Assembly (NCBI GenBank): GCA_016763115.1
Contig: JAESUL010000160.1
Span: 1 to 38,905 of the forward strand
Origin: Phycisphaerales bacterium
GTDB lineage: Bacteria; Planctomycetota; Phycisphaerae; Phycisphaerales; UBA1924
Direction: 5' to 3'
DNA: 38,905 bases
Made by a program: the position numbers and the translations under genes. A model generated the notes under the pieces. The model was not told where the DNA came from. It ran no database searches and worked only from the letters and a program-made list of their open reading frames with translations. The first letter of the stretch is position 1, and every line of letters begins with the position of its first letter. Positions 19,139 to 29,141 of the stretch are shown piece after piece.

Positions 19139-19596
19139 TGAGTATGATAGATCGTACTTTTGATATGGAGTTGGTCAGGGAGATCATCACCCACCCTAAA
19201 ATATACGATCACGTTTCCGATGACTTCTCCCCTGCACCAGAAGACTTTATACCTATAGATCCCGACTCGGTATACTATTTAACGCCAATTCATAACGGGA
19301 CTGTAATGGGTGTGTTCTTTGTTCATTCACATAACGGTATCTGCTATGAGGTACACACCTGCATCTTACCAGAATACCACGGCGCTCTGGCACTTAAGGC
19401 AGCTAAAGACCTTATTAAATGGGTGTTTGAAGAGACACCTTGTATGAAACTTATAACCAACGTCCCTAGTTTTAACCCATTAGCGTACAGATTCGCATTA
19501 AAAGCGGGGATGGTCAAAGAAGGTGTCAACACCAAGAGCTTTCAAAAGAACGGTGTGATATACGATCAAACAGTACTTGGAATTGTAAAGGAGTAA
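19138..19596 (+). CDS. GNAT-fold acetyltransferase-like protein
   Basis: ATG 19138 forms a TAATG overlap with the fiber stop. The central beta strands plus the LALKAAKDLIKWVFEE ... helix and the ending YRFALKAGMVKEG resemble the GNAT core. No Q/RxxGxG/A motif was clearly seen. Confidence 0.5.
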   Translation: MSMIDRTFDMELVREIITHPKIYDHVSDDFSPAPEDFIPIDPDSVYYLTPIHNGTVMGVFFVHSHNGICYEVHTCILPEYHGALALKAAKDLIKWVFEETPCMKLITNVPSFNPLAYRFALKAGMVKEGVNTKSFQKNGVIYDQTVLGIVKE

Positions 19597-19599
19597 TTT

Positions 19600-20433
19600 A
19601 TGCCAGTAGCAGCGATAGGGGCAGTTGCCAGTGTAGCGGGCGGAGCTATTGCGGGCAGTGGAGCAAGAGGAGCTGCAAGGTCACAAGCAAGGGCGGCTCG
19701 TTCTCAGATTGAAGAGGAACGTCGGCAGTTTAACGAGACTAAGCAAGACCTAGCTCCTTATCGCGAGGCTGGTCAGCGGGGTCTTGAGCAATATGATAAC
19801 CTTATAAACAGCCAATCGGATTACGAGGGATTAATTCAATCTAACGTTCAAGACCCGTTCCAGTTTGGGGCCGAGGAGTTTGAGCAGTATAAAGACCCCG
19901 GATACGAGTTCCGATTGGCCGAGGGTGCTCGCGCTGTGAATAACACCTTTGCTAATCTTGGTAAGCGCGTCAGCGGCGAGAGGTTCGCTGGTTTACAGAA
20001 CTACGCACAAAATGCAGCGTCACAGGAGTTCAGGGCAGCGCGTGGTCGAGCCGCTGCTGATTATGATAACCAAGGTAGTTTGGAACAACAGACATATAAT
20101 CGAGGTGTCTCAGACTATGATCGCCAATACACGGATGTTCTTAACCGCCAAGGTAACCTCGCTCAGCTTGGTGTAGAGGCGTCAGCACAGCAAATCCAAG
20201 CTCGTCAACAATCCACGTCCGGTATTAACCAAGCAATCGGGGCGCAAGGGGCAGCTCAGGCTGCTGGTAGGTTGGGCCAAACAGGCGCTGTTACCTCGGC
20301 TCTTGGAGATCTTGGTAACGCTTTTAGGGGTGGCGTTGGGGGTGGTTTCTCTTTACCAAACCTCTCACAACCGTCGTACTCCTCAACCGCCGGTAATTCG
20401 GTGTCACCCCTTATCCAGAATAGAGGATATTAA
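19600..20433 (+). CDS. Internal virion / ejection protein (putative)
   Basis: RBS AAAGGAGtaatttATG. Ala/Gly/Gln-rich with a hydrophobic N-terminus MPVAAIGAVASVAGGAIAG. First of three large distal genes. Confidence 0.55.
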   Translation: MPVAAIGAVASVAGGAIAGSGARGAARSQARAARSQIEEERRQFNETKQDLAPYREAGQRGLEQYDNLINSQSDYEGLIQSNVQDPFQFGAEEFEQYKDPGYEFRLAEGARAVNNTFANLGKRVSGERFAGLQNYAQNAASQEFRAARGRAAADYDNQGSLEQQTYNRGVSDYDRQYTDVLNRQGNLAQLGVEASAQQIQARQQSTSGINQAIGAQGAAQAAGRLGQTGAVTSALGDLGNAFRGGVGGGFSLPNLSQPSYSSTAGNSVSPLIQNRGY

Positions 20434-20435
20434 TA

Positions 20436-21932
20436 ATGAACGCATTAAACCAATTAATAGCGGCGTCTGGTGAGAGGTTCTACGAGAATGCTCGTAGGGG
20501 TTGGATAGAGCGTCCTGGAGAAGCAAGACAACGCCAACAAGAAGAACTTACCCTAAAGGGCTTGGGTCAGCAACAAGACCTTAGGGGGCTTCAGATTGAG
20601 GGTCAGCGTCTTGAGAATGCCAATGCGCCTGGTAGGGAACGTGACCTTGAACAATCACGTTCCCTTAGAGATCTTCAAATACAGCAGACGCAAGGACAAC
20701 TCGAGGATTATGGTGCAAACCGTGGTTTACGAGACGCTCAACGAAAGGCACTAGAGGATCAAGTAAGCCCAGAATATCGCACTCAAGACAGGGATCTAAA
20801 CAATAGAGAGATCGAGTCTGCGATTAGGAACGACAAAGTGGTTATGGCTAAACTGGAGGCAGAGACTGCCGAGATCAAGAGTAAACAGGCGTTGAAGGAA
20901 CAAGAAGTTAACGATGACAGGGCCATTGGTATAGTAGAGTCACTACTTAACCAACACAAAGGCAACCCAGCCGCATTACAAGAAGCGTTCGCCAATAGTA
21001 TTCAATCTATAACGGACTTGACAGGGCCGTCCGTTGATGAAATGGTTGAAAATTTGTTAAATGGGGATCCTAACGAACTCGCGGGTAGTCTTTCCAACCT
21101 AGTTGATGCGTTTCCTGTGTCGGTTAAACTACGACGAGAGATATATGTGGCGCAGCAGAAGGAAGCGGCTAAGGCAACCAGGCCCAGTAGCATGGTAACC
21201 AAAGACATCGACGGCGTACAGCACAGGCTAGACCCATCAGGTCAGCATTGGATACCTATGCTCACCGCCGATGGTGAACCAGCTACTACAGGCGCTCAAA
21301 AGCGGGCTGACATGGATGCGGGTCATGCTGAAAAAAGGGAAGATAGATACAATAACCAACTAGATTTAAGAGTTAAGGCAGAGAAGCGTAAAGGCGTCAA
21401 GCAAAGCATTACTGAAATAAACACATTAAGAGATGACGGTAAAGCTGTCATAGCGGCTGTCAAACCAATGTTCGAGGCTGCTGAAGAAGCACAGGTGCTT
21501 ATGGAGGGTGAGATGACACCACCTAAAGCCAAGATATTACAACGGGTGATAGCCTCTATCAACAAATCAGGCACCAAGGCACAGTCTGAGATAGAGTCTT
21601 GGCTACCTGGCCAGAGTGGTAACCTCCTAGAACGGCTTGAAGGTAAAATAGCAGGGTTCGTTGAGGGCACTTTCTCTGAAGCGGAAGTTAACGCGCTCCG
21701 AAGAGACGTTAAGCTGTTACAGGAAAACTATATTAACCCCGCATTAAAACGAAACCTAAGCCACATCGTAGTAAACGCCACAAGAAGGGGTGTTCCTTTG
21801 AATGAGGTTATACCCCAGTACATCTTGGATAAGATAGAACCAAAACACTACAGCGACGAAGACTTGGAGTTCACGGCAAAGCAACATGGAATGACTGTTG
21901 ATGAAGTCAAGACACGCCTGGAGGACAAGTAA
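20436..21932 (+). CDS. Internal virion / ejection protein (putative, coiled coil)
   Basis: RBS AGAGGAtattaataATG. Charged, Gln/Glu/Arg-rich heptad-like sequence. Confidence 0.55.
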   Translation: MNALNQLIAASGERFYENARRGWIERPGEARQRQQEELTLKGLGQQQDLRGLQIEGQRLENANAPGRERDLEQSRSLRDLQIQQTQGQLEDYGANRGLRDAQRKALEDQVSPEYRTQDRDLNNREIESAIRNDKVVMAKLEAETAEIKSKQALKEQEVNDDRAIGIVESLLNQHKGNPAALQEAFANSIQSITDLTGPSVDEMVENLLNGDPNELAGSLSNLVDAFPVSVKLRREIYVAQQKEAAKATRPSSMVTKDIDGVQHRLDPSGQHWIPMLTADGEPATTGAQKRADMDAGHAEKREDRYNNQLDLRVKAEKRKGVKQSITEINTLRDDGKAVIAAVKPMFEAAEEAQVLMEGEMTPPKAKILQRVIASINKSGTKAQSEIESWLPGQSGNLLERLEGKIAGFVEGTFSEAEVNALRRDVKLLQENYINPALKRNLSHIVVNATRRGVPLNEVIPQYILDKIEPKHYSDEDLEFTAKQHGMTVDEVKTRLEDK

Positions 21933-24658
21933 TGCCTGTAGATTTACTGACCGATGCAAAGCAATCTGGCCCTAAAGACCTACTTTCAGAAGCACCTGAA
22001 GAGTCACCAACAGGCTTTAGTATAGGAGAAAGGGTAAGTCAATCCCTATCTGGCTTCAATGAGTCTGTTATTAGTGGGGCTGCTTACGTCCCCGCCAAGA
22101 TAGTAGAACTAGGCGCTTACTTAGCGGGGGCAGAGGACTCTCGGGAGGTAGTTGGAGGCACTAAATGGGTTTCACAGAAGCTGGTAGACCTGGGTATCGT
22201 ATCAGACCCTAAATCGAAAGGAGGTCAAGACACTGCCTTTAGAAAGGCTGGAGAGTACGCGGGGATTGGCGTGGCTATCACGGCAACTATGTCCAAGATG
22301 TTTGGTAAGAAGGCGGGGGAGATGATGGTAAGGAACCTCCCCACAGGCTCTGCTGGATCTTCCTCGGCGTCTAGGCTTATTGTAAACAAGATGGTAGAAC
22401 CTACCCTAACCCGGCCAGGTGCTACTATGGCCGCTGAGATTGCTGGGGGTGGTGGGGCTGCGGCTGGAGAGCATTACGCTACTGAAATTCTCGGAGAAGA
22501 GTGGGCTTTTGTTGGTTCCTTGTCTGGTGGTGTACCATCTGCGTTGGTTGGAGATATGGCTACCACCTGGGTTGGTCGTTCTCTACCACGGCTGAGAATA
22601 AACGCTGATAAGGCATCCTTAAAGATTGTTGCTCCAGAGAATATAGAGGCAGCTAAGAGGGTGTACTCGAAGACAAGAGCACTGTTTAGCGCACAAGAAC
22701 GTGTAGCAAGACGTACAGCAGAAGCCACCGAGGACATTGGTACAGCTTCCCGTAACATTGCGAAAACCTCAAGAGTGCTTGATGACGTGTACCAAACACC
22801 AGCAACAAAGACGGGTGACAAACATCTCATGGCTCTTGAGCAAAAAATTATACAAGAAGACGCCTCGCTTTCTAAGTTTATGGCCGACGAGTCTCAAAGA
22901 ACCCATCGTACAGTTCGTGGTGAGTTATTGAACCTTTATGATGATGTGGGTTTTGATATAGCTCAAAGAGAGATTGCCAAAGATATTGACACACAGAAGA
23001 TGCTACTTGACGTAGACCTAGAAGCGGCGCGTACAAAAGTTAACGTAGCACTTTCCGCATTAGACCCTAAGACACCTCGCCCCGTTGTAAATCAGATTGT
23101 ATCTAACATCATAGACGACCACCACGCAACAGCCAGGACGCACGAGGGGCAGTTGTGGGGGTTTGTTGATGACACTGCCACTACTACACCATCAAGTATA
23201 AAGGCTCTTACACAGACGTACAAGGACGATGTGGCTATGTATTTGGGCGACTCTGCTCCAGAGTACCTTAAGAGGCAGTTAGGGCGTTTAAACAACAAAG
23301 GAAAGCTAACAGATGCTAATCCCGTGAGGTTGAGTGATCTGAAAGGCTTGAAGCGTATGCGTTCTGATATATTAGCCACAATACGCTCTGAAAGAGCCTC
23401 ACAAAGCCCTGATTGGGACAAGGTACGTGTTCTTAATAACTTCCAAGGAAACGTACTAGATGCCATGGAGAAGACACTAGGAGACACCACAGAGCTAAAA
23501 GCGGCCATGGCGTTCTCTAGGGAGGTTAATACTAAGTTCAAGAGTGGTTCTGTAGGTAAGATATTAGGATACGCACCAGACGGAGGTGGTCGTGTACCAA
23601 AAGAATTAACCCTTGAAATGACAGCCGGTGCTAGTGGTGGAGCAAAAGCCAACGTATTAGCTCAAGAGTTAGATGAGCTTCGTAGGATTGGTGAGATAGA
23701 CATCTCTAAAGTGAATCCTGCCGACATGCTAGAGGACTACTTTAAGGCGGCTGTGAGAGTAACCAACGTGGACGGTACTGTTCGCAGAGAGTCTATAAAC
23801 ACTTTCATGCACGATAATAAGGCATTGTTAAAAAGATTCCCAAACTACGAAAAGGCGTTAAGGTTAGCTATAAAGGAAGAGAAGAACTTTAGTACACTCA
23901 ACTCCGAAATTAAGAACCTGAAGGGGTCTAAGCAACTTAAGTTCTTGGATAAACTCACTGAACAACAGCGTGGGGGGCTAGCTAAGACAATCTTAGATAC
24001 ACCAGACCCAATCACATCCCTTAGACATACCATGGGAAAACTATCACCTCAAGGCCAGAAAGGCCTTAAAGCAGATTTTATTAGGAACATGGCCAGTCAA
24101 GCTAAGTCCGGCCAAGACGAGGCTGGTTTGTTTGTATATAACGGTTCTAAGATGAAGTCCCACTACAGGGAAAACAAAGACGTATTTAACCACTTACTTA
24201 GCAGGGAAGAAAGGGCTAGGCTTATAAGGTTAATGAACTCCACCCAAGCCGGTCGTTTCCCAAAAGAAGGTCTACCGGATACAGGGCCACCTATGAAGGA
24301 TATTGTGGCAATGGTTCTCCAGATACCTGCAAGAATAGCAGGGGCTAGGGTGGGCGCTCAATTAAGTGGAAAAGGTGCAGGCCCATCCCTACAGGCAGCT
24401 CAAATGGGTGCCAGTACCGCTAAAAAGATACAAACAGCGTTGATGAAGGACAAAGGTGCTGCCCTTATGGTTGATTCAGTGCTAGACGAAACACTTTACA
24501 AACAAACCCTTAAGTTGGTAAACAACTCTGGTTATAAATCGATACCTGATATTAGAAGCTTGCTCTCAAAGCCTAAGTACAGTAACCTACGAGGGTGGAT
24601 GATAGCCAACGGTGTACTGAATTTTGATGAGGCTATGAATGAGAAGGTGGAGGAGTAG
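21932..24658 (+). CDS. Large internal virion / ejection protein (putative)
   Basis: 908 aa, TAATG-coupled, last gene of the plus arm. No lytic transglycosylase motif recognised. Confidence 0.55.
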   Translation: MPVDLLTDAKQSGPKDLLSEAPEESPTGFSIGERVSQSLSGFNESVISGAAYVPAKIVELGAYLAGAEDSREVVGGTKWVSQKLVDLGIVSDPKSKGGQDTAFRKAGEYAGIGVAITATMSKMFGKKAGEMMVRNLPTGSAGSSSASRLIVNKMVEPTLTRPGATMAAEIAGGGGAAAGEHYATEILGEEWAFVGSLSGGVPSALVGDMATTWVGRSLPRLRINADKASLKIVAPENIEAAKRVYSKTRALFSAQERVARRTAEATEDIGTASRNIAKTSRVLDDVYQTPATKTGDKHLMALEQKIIQEDASLSKFMADESQRTHRTVRGELLNLYDDVGFDIAQREIAKDIDTQKMLLDVDLEAARTKVNVALSALDPKTPRPVVNQIVSNIIDDHHATARTHEGQLWGFVDDTATTTPSSIKALTQTYKDDVAMYLGDSAPEYLKRQLGRLNNKGKLTDANPVRLSDLKGLKRMRSDILATIRSERASQSPDWDKVRVLNNFQGNVLDAMEKTLGDTTELKAAMAFSREVNTKFKSGSVGKILGYAPDGGGRVPKELTLEMTAGASGGAKANVLAQELDELRRIGEIDISKVNPADMLEDYFKAAVRVTNVDGTVRRESINTFMHDNKALLKRFPNYEKALRLAIKEEKNFSTLNSEIKNLKGSKQLKFLDKLTEQQRGGLAKTILDTPDPITSLRHTMGKLSPQGQKGLKADFIRNMASQAKSGQDEAGLFVYNGSKMKSHYRENKDVFNHLLSREERARLIRLMNSTQAGRFPKEGLPDTGPPMKDIVAMVLQIPARIAGARVGAQLSGKGAGPSLQAAQMGASTAKKIQTALMKDKGAALMVDSVLDETLYKQTLKLVNNSGYKSIPDIRSLLSKPKYSNLRGWMIANGVLNFDEAMNEKVEE

Positions 24659-24687
24659 GGGTAACAAGATAAGAAACCCCTAAAAAG

Positions 24688-24727
24688 AAACCCCGATAGG
24701 CAGTACGATCACCTTCGGGGTTTTTTG
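24688..24727. terminator. Bidirectional rho-independent terminator between the convergent arms
   Basis: Stem AAACCCCGA(t)AGG / CCT-TCGGGGTTT with an 11-nt loop. TTTTTT follows on the plus strand and TTTCTTTTT on the minus strand. Confidence 0.8.
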
Positions 24728-24741
24728 TTGTCTAAGTTAAA

Positions 24742-25080
24742 TTACCCAGTACGTTTCTTAACCACCTTTCTAACAGGTTTCTTAGCTACAGCTTTAACCT
24801 CCTGAGTTGGTATATACAAAGCGCCTTCAACCTCGTCTTTAGATATCTGGTACTTAGCCCTGATACCAAAATGGTCTATTAAGTACTGAACAGCCGTTGC
24901 CAAGGGGACTTCTATTTTGTGGTCGTGATAGTAGTGTCCTGTACGGTCGCTAAATGGCTTTTCATTAACAACAAGAGCGGTCTTATTAGAAAACGAATAT
25001 AGATTCCCACGAACAAACTTCCCTGTCTTAACAGACACAGTTGTACCAACTTCTACTTTTTTACTCTTGTTCCAAAGCAT
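24742..25080 (-). CDS. Hypothetical protein with basic C-terminal tail
   Basis: 112 aa, last gene of the minus arm. C-terminus KKPVRKVVKKRTG. Confidence 0.6.
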   Translation of the reverse strand: MLWNKSKKVEVGTTVSVKTGKFVRGNLYSFSNKTALVVNEKPFSDRTGHYYHDHKIEVPLATAVQYLIDHFGIRAKYQISKDEVEGALYIPTQEVKAVAKKPVRKVVKKRTG

Positions 25081-25118
25081 AGAGTTCTCCCTGTTTGCTA
25101 TAAGTAAGACTATCCCAA

Positions 25119-25298
25119 TTAAACGACTGGTCTTCCGGTTCCGACCACTGTTCGTAAGGATCCTTCCACGGCTGTTTTTTTGTCAAATAAATCACGAAGC
25201 TGATTGTATAACCCCCTGGCTTCATCAATATCTAATAGTATTTTCTTTCCTTCTTTTGTTTCCTATGTAATCTTTACTCTTGTTTGTTTTTTAATCAT
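25119..25298 (-). pseudogene. Small ORF interrupted by an in-frame TAG at codon 12 (decayed gene or 11-codon leader ORF)
   Basis: Own translation: AGGAGtgacATG then MIKKQTRVKIT-TAG(25265-25263)-ETKEGKKILLDIDEARGLYNQLRDLFDKKTAVEGSLRTVVGTGRPVV-TAA. There is no in-frame start codon for about 32 codons after the TAG. Confidence 0.25.
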
Positions 25299-25316
25299 GT
25301 CACTCCTATACTACAT

Positions 25317-27986
25317 TTATAGTATATCACAACCACCGGCCGAACAGGCCAACTCTTTATGTCCCGTAGTCATATCCTCTAACTCAAACAAGGCAAGCCT
25401 ATCCCAATCCACCTCAGGCATATCTTCAACCGCCTTATCATACACCTCCTTGTCTATCTCTTGATATGGTGCCTGTTGGTACGAGTGGTCAGAGTGGGGA
25501 AGAAAAGATACCCCGGAACATATATCAAAGTTCTCATACACCCAAGCTCCTACCTTTAGCCACTCATCCTCCCGTACATACACCGTAATGGATGGCTTAT
25601 GCTCACACCAATGTTCAGCGTATACCTTCCACAAATCCAGCTGCTCCAGCGCACTTCGGTCATCCCTGGTAATAGACCCTTCAGGGGCTTTCACTGGGAA
25701 GCTGAAGATGGCTGTGCTATTCTCTTTTCTTATTGCGTCCTCTACGGGTACTCCGCTTTCTTTAAGGAACTGATAGATAGGATCCTTTTTATCGGTTCTT
25801 ACAGTACGGATGTAGTAAGCAGCATATCGGGGGTGGATTCCACTAGCACTGTCAACTAATTGAGACACAGTACCCGATGGCTTGACACACGTAATGGCGG
25901 TACTTTGTGGAATTCCCAGTTTCTCAGCCCACTCTTTGTTTGTTTCAATTGCAATCTCCTTTAGTTCTTTAAGTACCATTGGAAGGGTTAATTTCCCACC
26001 GTGCTCCCCTGTAAACCCGTCATCATATGCCTGTCCGCTCATCACAGGATGATCCATAATCCCCGTAAGGCTAACACCTAACAACCTCTCTTCGGCTGTG
26101 TTAGTTGCCCATCCTTTGCTCAAGTATCTGAAGTTGGTGAGGGTGGCTTGGATAGTTCCAATGATAGTCGCAATACGTACTTTCCGTTTGAGGTTGTCAA
26201 GGGTATCTTCAGGTCTAACGACGACCTCTGAAAGGTTGCAGAACTGCTTGGATCTTAGGATTATCTCAGAACAGTTATGTACTACCATAAAATCAGCAAT
26301 AAAGTTATGTGTATCCTCTACCGTCAGGTCGTACACATCCGTAACCTCACCCTCCTCTATAGATACAATGGTATTGGAAGATTGGTTCTTCATATTAGAC
26401 CGCAATACATTCGGCATAGGTACAACAGTTTTCTTAGACTTACCTGTAGATACAAAACCCACACCACTCCTGTGGTTAGGCTGCACACCCCGCACCTGGT
26501 GGTTTTGCGGGTTATCAAAGGTAGCAGTATGTCGTGAGTGGTCTGAGTGTGACATAACCTCTAGGTTGTCAATACAATTATTATACGTATCCCCATCTAT
26601 ATGGTGAACGTCATCATCACATCCAACACCATAAACGGCATCAGCGATCATAACATGCTCCATACGGTACGCACGGTTATCCTCTGTTGTCAACTTCACA
26701 CCAGAATAAGCCGCCCCACGTCTGGCTCGGCATAACTGAACAACCTTATCACCAACCCTTAAATCACCAGCCTCGACCCAAACACCTCTCTGATCGAAAA
26801 CCAGGTGGTTACGGGTGGCTCGTAGCACTTTACCATTTCGTGTAGTGATTTTAAGCGTAGGCGCATCAGCCCTGCTAATCCAAGAGGTAGTAGCTCTACG
26901 GATACCCAACGAACCATCTGACAACATCGTATAAACTTGAGTAGGCTCTGTAATATCCTTAATCTTAACCCGCCCATGCACAGTTTCAACCAAAGAATCT
27001 GGGTGAAGACAAGGATTTGTCCCAAAGTCGTGGTTTGCATCTCTCCTTCCGTTTCGCTCAGCTACCCGTTTAGCTGCGTCTCTGCTGAATATCCCACGCT
27101 CTCCTGATTTGCTTTCATATAAACTACTCCACTCCTTAATAAAAATCCCTATATCAGGCTTCTCTGTATAACAAACAGAGTTGTTAGCCAATGCCCGTTG
27201 TCCATTTGATTCCCACCACTGCCCAGACTTGGCTACCCTCATACGTTCGTCAGTAAGGTTACTGAGACTGATGAGAGCAGAACGCCTAACACCACCAACA
27301 ACAACAATATCAGCAACCTTACACATAAGGTCATGACACTCAATACTAGTGAGCTTACGTCCCGCAGCATTTCGTATTACCTCTACGGAAAAATTAAATA
27401 AATCGACTAGTGGCTGCGGGCCCGACGCTCTTCCTCCAAAAGTCTTAAGCTTTGCCCCGGCGGGACGAACCTTAGAAACATTCCACCTTGGGATCTGACC
27501 ACTAAACAAAAGGGATAAAAGCTCTCTGTAGGCTTTAGCCCAACCGATTTTGCTATCTGCAACAGTGATAACCGTGTCTGTGTCATAGAAATCCTCAGAT
27601 ACTTCTGGTAGTTTGGATATGTACTGACGCTCAACACTAAAGCCAACGCCTGTACCACACATGAGAACAAACATAGATTCATCAAAAGCCCGTATGCTGT
27701 CTACAACAAGGTATCCGCAGTTGTAACCCGCCACATTGTCGCGCTCAAGGGCCGGGCCAGCGGTCATTAAAACCCTCATACTCGGCATTACTTCTAGGTT
27801 AAGGATGGCATTTCTAATATCTTGCCTGTCTTTTTCTTCACTACCACCTATGGTCTTTGCAAAGAACTCCATGTACCTATCAACCGTCTCTTCATACGTT
27901 TCTCTCCTTCCCAAGTCCTCGCGCCAACGGGCATAACGTGATTTATGAATGTACTTTTGATAATCTGTCATGTTAATATCGGTCAT
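25317..27986 (-). CDS. nrdJ: Class II (adenosylcobalamin-type) ribonucleotide reductase, intein-containing precursor
   Basis: 889-aa ORF with RBS GGGGGAttactgATG. After removing aa 326-571 the active-site motif reads TNPCSEIIL. C-terminal redox pair CSAGGCDIL. No ATP-cone. Confidence 0.8.
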   Translation of the reverse strand: MTDINMTDYQKYIHKSRYARWREDLGRRETYEETVDRYMEFFAKTIGGSEEKDRQDIRNAILNLEVMPSMRVLMTAGPALERDNVAGYNCGYLVVDSIRAFDESMFVLMCGTGVGFSVERQYISKLPEVSEDFYDTDTVITVADSKIGWAKAYRELLSLLFSGQIPRWNVSKVRPAGAKLKTFGGRASGPQPLVDLFNFSVEVIRNAAGRKLTSIECHDLMCKVADIVVVGGVRRSALISLSNLTDERMRVAKSGQWWESNGQRALANNSVCYTEKPDIGIFIKEWSSLYESKSGERGIFSRDAAKRVAERNGRRDANHDFGTNPCLHPDSLVETVHGRVKIKDITEPTQVYTMLSDGSLGIRRATTSWISRADAPTLKITTRNGKVLRATRNHLVFDQRGVWVEAGDLRVGDKVVQLCRARRGAAYSGVKLTTEDNRAYRMEHVMIADAVYGVGCDDDVHHIDGDTYNNCIDNLEVMSHSDHSRHTATFDNPQNHQVRGVQPNHRSGVGFVSTGKSKKTVVPMPNVLRSNMKNQSSNTIVSIEEGEVTDVYDLTVEDTHNFIADFMVVHNCSEIILRSKQFCNLSEVVVRPEDTLDNLKRKVRIATIIGTIQATLTNFRYLSKGWATNTAEERLLGVSLTGIMDHPVMSGQAYDDGFTGEHGGKLTLPMVLKELKEIAIETNKEWAEKLGIPQSTAITCVKPSGTVSQLVDSASGIHPRYAAYYIRTVRTDKKDPIYQFLKESGVPVEDAIRKENSTAIFSFPVKAPEGSITRDDRSALEQLDLWKVYAEHWCEHKPSITVYVREDEWLKVGAWVYENFDICSGVSFLPHSDHSYQQAPYQEIDKEVYDKAVEDMPEVDWDRLALFELEDMTTGHKELACSAGGCDIL
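26274..27011 (-). mobile_element. Intein (246 aa) with HNH homing-endonuclease domain, inserted at the catalytic Cys codon of nrdJ
   Basis: N-terminal splice block CLHPDSLVETVHG; block B TRNH; HNH motif VHHIDGDTYNNCIDNLEVMSHSDHSRH; C-terminal blocks VYDLTVEDTHNF and MVVHN followed by +1 Cys (CSEIIL). Junction codons checked on the sequence. Confidence 0.85.
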
Positions 27987-28236
27987 CAGTAATCCCCCAA
28001 GCTTTCATTAAATTCTCTGCGGGGGTTATACCCACCTTCTTGTCCTCCCTCTTATCTCCCATAAACGTCCCACCCAACATAGCGGCGTGTGTCAGTGGCA
28101 CTGTTTCGCCTTTGTTGAAGGCTTGAACACCAGCTTCAATCTCGTCTGCGACAATACTAAGCGCCCCACCTATAGGTAATCTCGTAGATAAAACAGATAC
28201 CCTTCGTAAAACCCCTATCAACATAACTTCACTCAT
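27973..28236 (-). CDS. Hypothetical protein
   Basis: ATG 28236 forms an ATGA overlap with the upstream stop (the track's GTG 28248 is less likely). Overlaps the nrdJ start by 14 nt. Confidence 0.55.
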   Translation of the reverse strand: MSEVMLIGVLRRVSVLSTRLPIGGALSIVADEIEAGVQAFNKGETVPLTHAAMLGGTFMGDKREDKKVGITPAENLMKAWGITDDRY

Positions 28237-28649
28237 TGGAACAAACACGGCCCGTCGGTACAGGCTCCATCGTAGAAGCTAGAAGCTGGTTGTTTCATTA
28301 GCCTTATAATGAACTTCTTTAGTTCCGGCCTGTCCCGGTAATCCCACTCAACGGGTGCTACCAAAACATTACCAACAACGTCAACATATATAAAATACTT
28401 AACACGCATATCACACTTATCAGCGTACCTCTGATCAGAGCAAACAGACCATTGCTCAATCCTGGGAAGGAACCCACGCATCGCGTCAATACGATCTACC
28501 ATGGTGTCGGTAAGCCTACCGTAATCGGCTTTAGGAGCTAAACGGGCATACTCCCTTGTAGGGTCGGCTTTCACAACCAACACTAACAATGTACTAACAG
28601 CTATGGCTAGCAGAAACATTATCACTGCTCTTATCATACACCGGCTCAC
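28233..28649 (-). CDS. Membrane-anchored or secreted Cys-containing protein
   Basis: N-terminal hydrophobic segment AVIMFLLAIAVSTLLVLVV followed by a soluble part with five Cys. Confidence 0.6.
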   Translation of the reverse strand: MSRCMIRAVIMFLLAIAVSTLLVLVVKADPTREYARLAPKADYGRLTDTMVDRIDAMRGFLPRIEQWSVCSDQRYADKCDMRVKYFIYVDVVGNVLVAPVEWDYRDRPELKKFIIRLMKQPASSFYDGACTDGPCLFQ

Positions 28650-28966
28650 TGGAGTTCGGCCCTGTGCCGCGCGAGTCCCTTACACTCCTCCTCAAACTCC
28701 TTTAGAAATTCCTCGTACTTCATGGCCTTAGCAATATCCTTTAACGTATCGTCCTTCTTACCGGCTCGTAATCTGTACTTAAGAGAACACCCTTTTAGGT
28801 AGCCCCTGTACTCTTCCACCGAGAGTACCCGCCTCATAGCCTCAATAGCTTCCATGTCTGGAAAGAGGGCATAGTGCTCGGGGGAGTTGATGAGGTCACC
28901 CGCTCTCTTAATATCATCAGTCCACCTATCAGTATCTCTAAACGCTTCCGTCATTCCATCACTCAT
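28646..28966 (-). CDS. DUF3310-like protein
   Basis: ATG 28966 has GGAGG 9 nt upstream. SPEHY ... GCSLKYRLRAGKKDDTLKDIAKAMKY resembles the DUF3310 signature from memory. Confidence 0.6.
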   Translation of the reverse strand: MSDGMTEAFRDTDRWTDDIKRAGDLINSPEHYALFPDMEAIEAMRRVLSVEEYRGYLKGCSLKYRLRAGKKDDTLKDIAKAMKYEEFLKEFEEECKGLARHRAELQ

Positions 28967-29141
28967 GGTATCCATCCTCCAAATCGTCTTCAATGTCTTC
29001 AAACTTATACCAATTGATTAGTAAAAGCTCCGCGTATGCCTCGAGGAGTGTCAAGCTATCTATCTCAAGGGCGTCGCATATGACTTCTGGATCATAGCGA
29101 GCAGCAACTAGCTCTATCTTTTCTTTCAGTGTAAGGCTCAT
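28959..29141 (-). CDS. Small highly acidic protein
   Basis: ATG 29141 (MSLTLKEK) lies right after the upstream stop. About 17 Asp/Glu and about 4 Lys/Arg in 60 aa. C-terminus FEDIEDDLEDGYHE. Confidence 0.55.
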   Translation of the reverse strand: MSLTLKEKIELVAARYDPEVICDALEIDSLTLLEAYAELLLINWYKFEDIEDDLEDGYHE